Assembly (NCBI GenBank): GCA_002269645.1
Contig: NIVC01000089.1
Location: 806,001-870,000 of the forward strand
Source of the DNA: Macrostomum lignano
Lineage: Eukaryota
Direction: 5' to 3'
DNA length: 64,000 bases
Under the pieces are notes generated by a model. That model saw only the letters and a list, made by a program, of their open reading frames with translations. It did no database searches and was not told the origin of the DNA. Below are positions 1 through 10,205 of the stretch, piece after piece. The number at the start of each line of letters is the position of its first letter. Within the stretch, counting starts at the first letter, position 1. The position numbers and the translations under genes were made by a program.

Positions 1-190
1 TGGGGGGGCTCTCTACACCCATCTTCAATTGCCCCAGCTAAGGCTGCTACCCATTTAACAGCTGGGTGAACTGAAGCAATGCAGAGTTAAGTGTCTTGCT
101 CAAGGACACAAATTGTTCCGAGTGGTATCGGGAATCGAACCCCCGACCTTCAAGTCGTGACTCCGACGCTCTAACCACTAGGCTACAACC
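1..190 (-). mobile_element. tRNA-derived CORE-type SINE (family 1), 3' end at or beyond window start
   Basis: Minus strand reads GGTTGTAGCCTAGTGGTTAGAGCG (A box)...GGTTCGATTCC (B box), then GTGTCCTTGAGCAAGACACTTAACTC, resembling the CORE-SINE domain; second copy at about 51250-51445. Confidence 0.75.
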
Positions 191-490
191 CTTGGCTAGA
201 AGTTAGAAGTCGATGGTCTTTTTTGTTTAAAAACTGCCGTTGTTTCTTAGAAACGTTATTGCCAGTCCGGTATGTAGTTTCTTAGAAATTTCAAGCTAAT
301 TAGAAATGGGCACCCGCGATAGATTTGCGAGCACCCACCCTAGCCTGTACTGTACGCAGGCACACTGGGAATTGTCACGCATCAGGGGTTGTCACCAATG
401 ACAACCGCTCGATCCAATTTTCCTGCACACAAGCCCCAATTGAATGCGGTCGCACACGGAATCGAACTAGGGATCGTGCTCATCCCCACC

Positions 491-950
491 CACAGATACT
501 ATAATAACTAGATGAGGCACTCAGGCATATACTTAGTAAAACAGCTTTCTACTTTCAGTTCAGTAGCAAAGAAGAATACATATGCTATTTTATAAATTTT
601 ATAAAAATAAAGGCAGCTGAAATGACTTTGATAAGTTTAGAAGCCCCAAGCTTGCAGGCGTAAACAACTTGCTAATTGGCTCAGCCATAATGTACATTGG
701 CCAGTCCACTGAAATGTACATGGCAGATTTAGGCTGGAATTCAGATAAAAAGGCAATAAAAATTGGGGCGGGCGGGGGCAGTGCGGAAAGGCGCGGTTGG
801 AGGGTTTAAGCTGGAGGGAGTCAGAGCCAGTGAAATGAGCCTTGGCTTTAAAAATACATTAAAATGCTTCAGTTTAACTTACTACTGAACTGAAAGTAGC
901 TTACACGCAAACGTGCTGAGTGGCCCATCTAGTTATTCCTAGTATCTATG
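491..950. mobile_element. Non-autonomous TIR DNA transposon (MITE)
   Basis: About 38-bp imperfect TIRs CACAGATACTATAATAACTAGATGAGGCACTCAG / CTGAGTGGCCCATCTAGTTATTCCTAGTATCTATG; CCACC on both flanks (486-490, 951-955); near-identical copy at 46600-47420. Confidence 0.8.
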
Positions 951-1486
951 CCACCCCAAACTGGTGAAGCCGTCCTCACTGACCCCGCAGAGACCAGGGC
1001 AAGTGCTCGATGCGGCTCTCAGTCACCAACAGCATGGCCTCGGTGTCCACCACCTTTAAAGATTTGCAACTGCCTCGATGGCGCGACGAACCAGTCGACG
1101 CTGCAGGCGACGTTCACAACGGTCGCAATGGCGATGAAGGTGATGAAGCCGAAGATGCTGAAGCCGCAGCCGTAGGAGTCGACGTGCCGCAGTCGGCCCG
1201 GCCAGTCCGAGTCGCGGTGGACATTCGCAAGATTGGCTCGCTGTTGAGCAGCCCGCTGGCCTGTCCGACCCGAATAGTGTGCAACCTGGTGAGGCACCGG
1301 GTGGCCCAGTTCTTCATCTTTTACGATGAAGTCCAGCTGCAGTATTTCATACCCGCCCTGGATACTGAGTAGGGTTGGTAATGTGAACTTTTTATTTAAC
1401 TGTTTGTAAACCCTCCCCGTGTGCAGTTTATGTTTTTGAATCGCGTTTCATAGTTTTTAATCCCAACTTGGAGATATGAAGTGTTT

Positions 1487-2070
1487 GAAGTGTCAGAAAT
1501 ATGAAGTGTCGGAGATATAAAGTGTCGGAGACATGAAGTGTCGGAGACATGAAGTGTCGGAGACATGAAGTGTCGGAGACATGAAGTGTCGGAGACATGA
1601 AGTGTCGGAGACATGAAGTGTCGGAGACATGAAGTGTCGGAGACATGAAGTGGTTAGTGTCGGAATATGAAGTGTCTGGGATATGAAGTGTCGGAGACAT
1701 GAAGTGTCGGAATATGAAGTGTCTGGGATATGAAGTGTCGGGGACATGAAGTGTCGGAAATTTGAAATGTCGGAGACATGAAGTGTCGGAGACATGAAGT
1801 GTCGGAGACATGAAGTGTCGGAGACATCAGGTGTCGGAGACATGAAGTGTCGGAGACATCAGGTGTCGGAGACATGAAGTGTCGGAGACATCAGGTGTCG
1901 GAGACATGAAGTGTCGGAGACATCAGGTGTCGGAGACATGAAGTGTCGGAGACATCAGGTGTCGGAGACATCAGGTGTCGGAGACATGAAGTGTCGGAGA
2001 CATGAAGTGTCGGAGACATCAGGTGTCGGAGACATGAAGTGTCGGAGACATGAAGTGTCGGAGACATAAC
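1487..2070. repeat. 16-bp minisatellite (ATGAAGTGTCGGAGAC)n
   Basis: Directly visible tandem array; explains the spurious minus-strand MSPTLHVSDTSCLRHF ORFs. Confidence 0.95.
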
Positions 2071-2653
2071 TATCGGAGTTATGAAGCGTCCTGAGGATTG
2101 AAGTGTCGGGAGTTGTGAAGAAAACTGCCTTTCGGAGATATGAACTCTCACTGTCCGCACTGTTAACTTCCCGCTTCTTTTGCTCTGCTGCTTTTAGGCA
2201 ATTTTTACACCTTATAGTAATTAAGTGAGCAATAAAACTAAGCGATGCATTTCGTATTACTCAGTTCCTTTATTTTCTGTTTTCATTTTCTACCAGTAAT
2301 AAAAATTGTTGCATTTGAGTGTTGCTTGCTTGCTTGTTTTGCTTAACCGTTGCGATTAATTATTATTGTTATTATTTAAAGTTTACCATTGCAGTGTTTA
2401 CTTCAGTTGTATAATTTGTACTTTTATACGTATAAAGTTTTGCATTTGATACGTTGGTGCGCTGTAAAATCTTTGTTAATTTGCTAATAGAAGTCTTTAG
2501 AACTCTGTATTTCTAGATTCAAGTTACGCCGACTTTTTGCTTTCTAATAAATAATGTGTAAGCAAGCCGTTCTCTAGCTTTTTTCATTCTAAGTTCTTTT
2601 AAAATTTCATAATATGACTACAATTCGTTGGTGGAGAAAATGAAATACAGACG

Positions 2654-2677
2654 GGTACATAGATAGTTTAATAGATG

Positions 2678-2758
<81 letters not shown>

Positions 2759-3196
2759 GTGGATAGATGGGTGGATAGATAGACAGATAGATGGATAGAT
2801 GGGTGGATAGATAGATAGATAGATAGATAAATGGGTGGATGGGTGGATAGATAGATAGATAGATAGATGGATAGATGGGTGGATAGATAGATAGATAGAT
2901 AGATAGATGGGTCGATAGATAGATAGATAGATGGGTGGATAGATAGATAGTTAGGTGGATAGATCGATAGATAGATAGATAGATGGGTGGATAGATAGAT
3001 AGATAGATAGATAGATGGGTGGATAGATAGATAGATAGATAGATAGATGGGTGGATAGATAGGTAGTTAGGTGGATAGATAGATAGATAGATGGATAGAT
3101 GGGTGGATAGATACATAGATAGATAGATAGATAGATGGGTGGATAGATAGATAGATAGAAAGATAGATAGATAAATAGATAGATAGATAGATACAT
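2654..3196. repeat. (GATA)n/(GGAT)n microsatellite
   Basis: Directly visible. Confidence 0.97.
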
Positions 3197-3267
3197 AGCT
3201 GAAAGGATGGCTAAAACAAATAGTCAGCCTCCCCTGCATTGCAGCCCTGCAGCCCACAGGGTTCAAC

Positions 3268-4259
3268 ATGACTGAGAAAAAGAACGACGACAGCAAGCGA
3301 GGCGCCGATGAACGCCAGCGGCCGGTCAGGGCCGGTGGCGGATCCGGCGATTTGGCGGATCAAGACGCCGGAGCCCTGACCCGCTTCTCCCAGGAGCTCT
3401 CAAAGGCGTCGCCTACCCAGCAGGTAAGGACCCGCGCAACAGCACTTGCTGGAACTATACGCGGCGACACGTGCCACACCCACCCGAGCTACACCTACAT
3501 CAACCACACCCACCCAGTCACACCCACCCCAGCCACACCCACCCCAGCCACACCCACCACAGTCACACCCACCCAGCCACATCCACCGCAGCCACACCTA
3601 CATCAACCACACCCACCCAGCCACACCCACCCAGCCACACCCACCCCAGCCACACCCACCCCAGCCACACCCACCCAGTCACACCCACCCAGTCACACCC
3701 ACCCCAGCCACACCCACATCAGCCACACCCACATCAGCCACACCCACCCCAGCCACACCCACCACAGTCACACCCACCCAGCCACATCCACCGCAGACGC
3801 ACTCACCTCATCTGATGACTCACACCAACTAATGACTTACCCCAACCAATGACCCAATTGCATCAAATGACTCATCCCGTCCCATGACTCACCACAACCA
3901 AAGACCAACCTCCCTCCGCCTCCTCCCCGCAGGCTATCGCTGGCGGCGGCAGCGGCTGCCTGACTGGCTACCTATTCGGCCGGATCGGGCGTACAGCCGC
4001 CCTGGCCGTTGGCGGCGCCCTGATCTGCCTGTCGCTGGCGCAGCAGCGCGGCCTGATCAGCGTCAACTGGCGCCGGGTCGAGCAGCAGGCCAGGCAAGCC
4101 GTGGACAAAGTGGCCGACGCCGCCGGGGAGAATGTCGTCGGCAATGGTGGCAACAGTCTGCAGCAGGTGCTGGAGCGGGCCAAGCAGGTGTTGGCCGCTC
4201 ACCGCTACTTTGCGGCCACATTTGCTGGCGGCTTTCTGGTTGGCTTGGTCGCTTCTTAA
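3268..4259 (+). CDS. FUNDC1: FUN14-domain mitochondrial outer-membrane protein (FUNDC1/2-like); exons 3268-3423, 3933-4259
   Basis: Spliced protein ...PTQQ|[51 protein letters not shown]...[12 protein letters not shown] matches the FUN14 pattern; GT-AG phase-0 intron; FUNDC1 versus FUNDC2 cannot be resolved. Confidence 0.88.
3472..3795. repeat. (ACACCCACCCCAGCC)-type minisatellite in FUNDC intron
   Basis: Directly visible; source of the HPPQP/TPATP ORFs. Confidence 0.9.
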
Positions 4260-5167
4260 CCAGCGGATTGTCGGCATCAAGTTGAGTAGTTGGAATCCTA
4301 ATTGGGGATCATTTCACTGCTCTTGCAATCTAACTCCCAATGGGAGTAATGGATTAATTGTATCTTTGCGTTACCTGTGCAATGTTGATATTTTTTTAAC
4401 ACATCATGTTTCATATTTGCGGGGCGTTAACCATAGCAGTGTAATCCATTTTGACGCCCTATTTGATGTGCTTGTTGGCAGTTTAATCTCGAATTTCTTT
4501 GCGTGTACAGCCCCGAAATTGATTGATTTTATGACTATGGCTTTGACTATCTTGAGTCTGGAACCTAATTTCCCGCCTCATCTGCATCTGTGTATCGTTT
4601 TCTTTTCTCAACCACAGCAACACCATTTTTTGGACCTGTTAATGTTTACGCTGTAGACCGCAACTATATACTCGTATAACTAGATGTTTGTGATATAGGC
4701 AAACTGCATGCGTCTCTACTAACGAGTAGTATATAGCTTTATATTCGTAATACAGCTTAAACCCAGTTGAAAAGTTGCGTGCATATTCAATCATTTATGG
4801 ATGCGTTTTTTCTCTAATTGTGCAATAGTTTTTGGCGTCTATTTTCGAAAAACAAAAACCGTTTTTGTTAATATTTTCCTATTGTTTCGATATTGAAGTT
4901 AAAATTGTTTTTATTAGTTTTCGTAATAATTACAGTAAAGCCGAGATCCTGCTACCGTGTTTCTCTTTCAGCTATGAAATGTTTTGCTTCTTAGTTATTT
5001 TTTAGCGCCCTATTTAGCTGCGTACTAACCGCGACAGAATCCACTTAACTTTTAGAGCTTGTATCGAATGCACTGATCTACCTAGGCTAGCGAACCGGTT
5101 TGCGAAAACTGGGGGTTTATATTGCGTAATATAATTCACGAATACATAAATTCATGTTGCAGCCGCC

Positions 5168-6538
5168 ATGCCCACTCTGCTGCTACTGGACCGATCGCTG
5201 TCTATGGCCAGGAGACCCAGCCCCGACAGCAAGCTCACCTACCTTGAATTGGCCGTGAGCAGTGCTCACCAGGTTTTGACTCATCTGGCTCGAACGGCTC
5301 CAGCCGAATTCGTCGCTTTAGGGTTAGTGGGATCCGAGCTAGAGCTGGCGTTCTCGTTCACTCAGGTGAGCGCCTTACGGAGTCTCTAGCCTTGAGCGGT
5401 GCTAAGAAGCCTTGAGCGGTGCTAAAAAGCCTTGAGCGGTGCCTTTTGATTTAAGCCGCACCTTGATTCAAGCCGTCCTTTGATCCAAGCCGCCCTTGAT
5501 CCGAACTGCCCTTTGATCCCAGCCGCACTTTGATTGAAGCAACCCTTTTATCCAAGCCGCCCTTGATCCGAACTGCCCTTTGATCCAAACCGACCTTTGA
5601 TGCGAACTGCCCTTTTATCCATGCCGCCCTTGATCCGAACTGCCCTTTGTTCCCAGCCGCACTTCGATTGAAGCAACCGTTTAATCCAAGCCGCTCTTTG
5701 ATCCGAACTGCTTTTTGATCCAAACCGCCCTTTGATCCGAGCCGCTATTTTTCCTCCTCCCTCGCCCAGGACGTATCCGCCATGCAGCAGTACCTGTCGA
5801 GCGTTGGACCTCGCGACGCTGCCCGTCTAGCGCCAGCTTTGGAGGCCGCCAGTCAGCTGATTGTTCGCGACTTCGGCCCCGGCCTCGGCGGCCCCGCCTG
5901 CCGCGTCCTGCTGCTGACAGACGACGGTGGCCGTCTGGCGCCCGGCTTGGAGGCCTCGTCGGCTGCCCGCGCGTTGGCCGACGGTCGGATCGACCTGTCG
6001 GTTTTGTGCCTGCGCTCGGCGCCCGGGCCCTGCCTGACGGAGCTTCAGCAGGTTCAGCGCCAACAACAACAGCAGCAGCAGCAGCATTTTAGCTTGACCA
6101 TCTCCAGTCCGACTGATTGCTCGCTGAAGGCGGTTTCCGAAGCGGTCCAGTCGCTGTGCCAGAGTCGCCTGTCGCCAATGACAGTTCGACTGCATTGCGG
6201 CAGCGTCACCCAGCTGGTGGAGCTGCACCCGGGACCTTCCGGCTGCGACCGATTCGTTGGGTCCGGCTGCAGAAGCCCGCGGCGGTACCAGCCCGATAAG
6301 GATGTCCGGCTGATCGGCTTCCTGCAGGTCGGCTGATGGACCGATAGACCAGGCAGACGGACACACACACACACAGACAGACAGACAGACAGACAGGCAG
6401 GCAGACAGACGGACAGACACACACACACAGACAGACAGACAGACACACAGACAGACAGACACACAGACAGACAGACAGACAGAGAGATACAGACAGATAG
6501 ACAGACAGCCCGACAGACATAGATAGACAGACGGACAC

Positions 6539-6583
<45 letters not shown>

Positions 6584-7772
6584 GAAGTTACACTGATTCA
6601 TTCCGCATTGCCTTATCTGTCCCAGATCTCGGAGATCTACAGCCCGGCCGTGCTGTCCCGTCACCTCGTACTGCCAGCCGCAGCCTTGCTAGAATCTTCT
6701 GCTGGCGCACCAGGCGCCTCAGTCGAGCCGCCTCACCTTACTACGCTGCTTCAAGCCTCGCTTCGAGCCGATTCTTTTGTGGCTTTGGCAACGCTTGGCA
6801 ACACCGAAGACTCCGATTGGTACTGCTTCTTGCACGCGCACCCCGGGGGCCGGCGCTGCGCCCTGCTGCTGTCGGTGCTGGAGCCCGGCCCCGAGCCGGC
6901 CGTCTGGCTGGGCAAAATTCCCTACCTGGCTCCAGCCAGCGATTTTGATGAGGCCGCTCTGGCCAATGTTAACCCGTTCCCGGTGAAGCCCAAAGGAAAC
7001 AAGCCGAGCTACGCTGCGTCCTGCATTGTGTGGACTAAGCAGGCGTCGGTATGTCTGACTAAACTCTGAATCTTAGCTGCGGTGCATTGACGCCTGATGT
7101 CGGTGTGACATTTGTGACACCTGTGTGCTAGTCAGTGTGACACCTGTGTGCTAGTCAGTGTGACACCTGTGTGCCAGTCAGTGTGACACCTGTGTGCTAG
7201 TTAGTGTGACACCTGTACTAGTAGTCAGTGTGACACCTGTGTGCTAGTCAGTGTGACACCTGTGTGCTAGTAGTCAGTGTGACACCTGTGCTAGTAGTCA
7301 GTGTGACACCTGTGCTAGTAGTCAGTGTGACACCTGTGCTAGTAGTCAGTGTGACACCTGTGTGCCAACGGCACAGTACTTACAAGCTCTACAAGTCCCC
7401 ACAACCCCCATTCAACAGGTAGTGGCCGACGTACAGAAGATCAGCCGCTGGGCCAGAAAACTGCCAGACAAAGCCAATCAATTCTACCAGGAGCTGAACA
7501 GACTGCGCCGTCACGCCCTGACCATCGGCTTTGTTGAACTGCTGTCGGCTGTGCGCGATCTGCTGCAACGCGAATACGACTCTCTAGCGGTTGGCACTCC
7601 GGCCGCTGAACGGCAGGCCGAGCACCTGCGCCACGCCGTGGCCATGCTGCAGCCGGCCCATTGGACCAACGACATCCAGCCGCCGCTGTCCAGACCGAAG
7701 CCGCTGGCTGGAGACGCCGGGGCGAACGTTAACACCGACGGTGTCATCGATCTGACTGTGTCCAAGCGATAG
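5168..7772 (+). CDS. INTS14: Integrator complex subunit 14 (VWA9); exons 5168-5365, 5770-6327, 6626-7048, 7419-7772
   Basis: N-terminus [13 protein letters not shown] (vWA start), [20 protein letters not shown] and [32 protein letters not shown] match INTS14 as I recall it; all four exons join in frame at GT-AG sites. Confidence 0.92.
5389..5745. repeat. CCTTGAGCGGTGCTAAGAAG x3 plus ~17-bp (CCTTTGATCCAAGCCGC) minisatellite, INTS14 intron 1
   Basis: Directly visible. Confidence 0.85.
6345..6585. repeat. (ACAG)n microsatellite, INTS14 intron 2
   Basis: Directly visible. Confidence 0.92.
7103..7362. repeat. ~23-25-bp minisatellite (GTCAGTGTGACACCTGTGTGCTA)n, INTS14 intron 3
   Basis: Directly visible. 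Confidence 0.92.
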
Positions 7773-7904
7773 GCCGGTTGGCATGTTTTCGAGGAAGATT
7801 TCTATTCGTTCTGGGGTCGGCAAACCGGCCCGCAAAGCCTCTCTATCCCGCCTTCGGGTCCTTTGAAACTTCTCAATAGCAATCCGGCCCGCTCAACGTT
7901 TGTC

Positions 7905-8240
7905 CCTTTTCTCAGCTCCCTTCTCTCTTATATAATCTCTCCTCTATCCTCTTTCCTCTCCTCTTCGCTCTCCTCCCCTCTCTCCTCTCCCCTCTCTCCT
8001 CTCCTTCTCTTCTCTATTCTCTCCTCTCTTCTCTCCTCTCCTCTCTCTCCTCTCTCTCTCCTCTCCTCTCTCTCCTCTCCCCTCTCTCCTTTCCTCTATC
8101 TCCTCCCCTCTTATCTCTCCTCTCCCTTCTCCCTTCTCCCCTTTCTTTCTCTTCTCTCCTTTCTCTTCCTTCTTCTCTCCTCTCCTTCTCTCCCCTCTCC
8201 TCTCTCTCTCTTCCCTCCTCTCTCCTCTCTCCCTCCTCTG
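7905..8240. repeat. CT-rich low-complexity tract
   Basis: Directly visible. Confidence 0.9.
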
Positions 8241-8864
8241 GCATGAGCTAGATCCTCTATCTGGCCCTTCAGGTAAAAAAGTTTGCCGAACCCTGTATTA
8301 GTTGAACCATAATACTATGAATAAGTAGATAGGTCATATTCGCGTCCTAAGCTAATTTCAGTTCAGTACAATGTGATTCTACTAAGGTTTTTATATGCCA
8401 TTTAATTCATAAAATAGCTTGCGCTTTCTTCCTTGCTACTGAACTGAAAGTAAAGTAGTGCAACTGTAACAGTAAGTAGAACTGAAAAAACGTTCTGCAT
8501 TTCTTGTATTCAATGTTTCTTATGTCTTTTGCCTTGTTAAACAACTATAAATACCCCATGCTGCTCAAAGTAGTACATTTCTGTTGGCTTATGTAATTGC
8601 CTTAACCTACTCTAGCCATACTTTGATAATTCGAATTTGCAAATACAATTGTGCGTTAATTGACTGTTAGAGTGGGTCATAGTTTTGCTTTTTAATCTGT
8701 ACTTTAGTAACTAATTGTTTTAGTAGGCCACAACCTATAATTCTTTCGGTTATTGTTGCGTTAGAAACACGCGTTTCATCGAGTCAGCAGTGTCATGGAG
8801 TATTGTTGCGTCCGAATTCAGAAGGCGGGTCATTGTAATTGAGTAGGCTATGTGTCAGAGACAT

Positions 8865-9297
8865 TGAGTGTGTCATAGAGTTACTGCGATTGTCAGAGTC
8901 ATTCGGTGAGTCATATTGTCATTGAATGTGTCATAGAGTAATTAGGTTTGTCATAGAGTCATTGGGTGTATCATTGAGTTATAGGGTAGGTCATTGAGTG
9001 TGTCATAGGGTCATTGGGTATGTCATAGGGTTATTGAATATGTCATCGGGTTATTGGGTATGTCATTGAGTCATTGAGTATGTCATAGAGTCATTGTGTA
9101 TGTCATAGGGTCATTGGGTATGTCATAGTCATTGTGTATGTCATAGGGTCATTGCGTATGTCATAGAGTCATTGTGTATGTCATAGGGTCATTGGGTATG
9201 TCATAGAGTCATTTTGTATGTCATAGGGTCATAGGGTCATTGTGTATGTCATAGGGTCATTGGGTATGTCATAGAGTCATTGTGTATGTCATAGAGT
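8865..9297. repeat. 20-bp minisatellite (TGTCATAGGGTCATTGGGTA)n
   Basis: Directly visible. Confidence 0.9.
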
Positions 9298-9393
9298 CAA
9301 GCAGTCAGCAGGTGAGTGATAGGTTACCTTGTTATTAATGGAATGAATTCGCTTGTCCCCGCAGCCGAAGCCGCCCTCCAAAGCGCCATTTTG

Positions 9394-10046
9394 ATGCTAA
9401 CGATAGAGGGCCCCAGCAATGCGGAAGCCGCCGCAGTCGGCAGACGCTCGCAGCAGATGGCTCTGACTACGTCGGCTAAAACTTCGGCAGCAGCGGTCAA
9501 CACCGGGACAGCTTCCAACACTGCCGACCTCCTTGACCGAATGTTGTGCACGCCGCAGCCGCTGCAGCCGCCACCGCCTCCTCGGCCACCTCCGCCGCCC
9601 ATGCTCGGCGCTCATCAGCATCAGCAACCTCAGCAGCCTCAGCAGCTCCACCAGCAGCAGAATCGATGGTTGACCTCCACCATCGCGCACGCGACTGTCG
9701 GGCCAGCCGACCGCGGCGTCAGCACCCCGGAGGCCGTGTCCAACTCCTCTAGCGGCGTGTCGCTCAGCCTGCCGCCAGCAGCGGCATCCGTATGCAAGCA
9801 GCAGCAGCAGCAGACATCTCTAGAGCGGGAGTGGTCCAGGCGTATCTCCGCCGGCCTCTGTCCGCACTGCGACGCCCCGGCTGCCACTGACGAGCAGCGC
9901 CACTTCCACGAGCGCGTGCACGCCATGGACGAGCTGTACCGCTGCCAGCTGTGCGCCTGCCGATTTGCCTATCCCTGCTCTCTAAGGATGCACAACAACT
10001 TACACGCCAATCGTAGCCTGTTCCTGCAGCAGCAGCAGCAGCATCG

Positions 10047-10079
<33 letters not shown>

Positions 10080-10205
10080 CTATCCAGAGCAGCAGGACCT
10101 CGTGCCGCAACAGATTGCATCTTACCAGCAGCAGCAGCAACAGCAGTACGCTGCCGCTGGAGGTAAAATGACTCTTCCAGCCTCTCATCAGCAGCAGCAA
10201 CAACA
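9394..10205 (+). CDS. C2H2 zinc-finger, polyQ/polyP protein (5' part; interrupted by a LINE)
   Basis: Two C2H2 fingers CPHC...HERVH and CQLC...HNNLH (about 9859-10005) flanked by polyQ; acceptor-like TTGTCCCCGCAG at 9353-9364; start codon uncertain; ORF reads through into the retrotransposon. Confidence 0.7.

Noticed and set aside
320-490. Possible third SINE remnant (minus-strand GTTCGATTCC B box) abutting the MITE
   Set aside because: No convincing A box or TSD; only short similarity to SINE family 2
948-1372. GC-rich coding-like segment with ORFs on both strands
   Set aside because: No frame gives a recognisable family; the minus-strand frames contain stops or need frameshifts; cannot call a product
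1487-2070. CRISPR-like appearance of regular repeats (here and at 7103, 37720, 50267)
   Set aside because: Head-to-tail units without unique spacers, no cas genes, eukaryotic context
1396-3196. Long minus-strand ORFs (MSPTLHVSDT..., YLSIYLSI...)
   Set aside because: Translations of 16-bp and GATA tandem repeats
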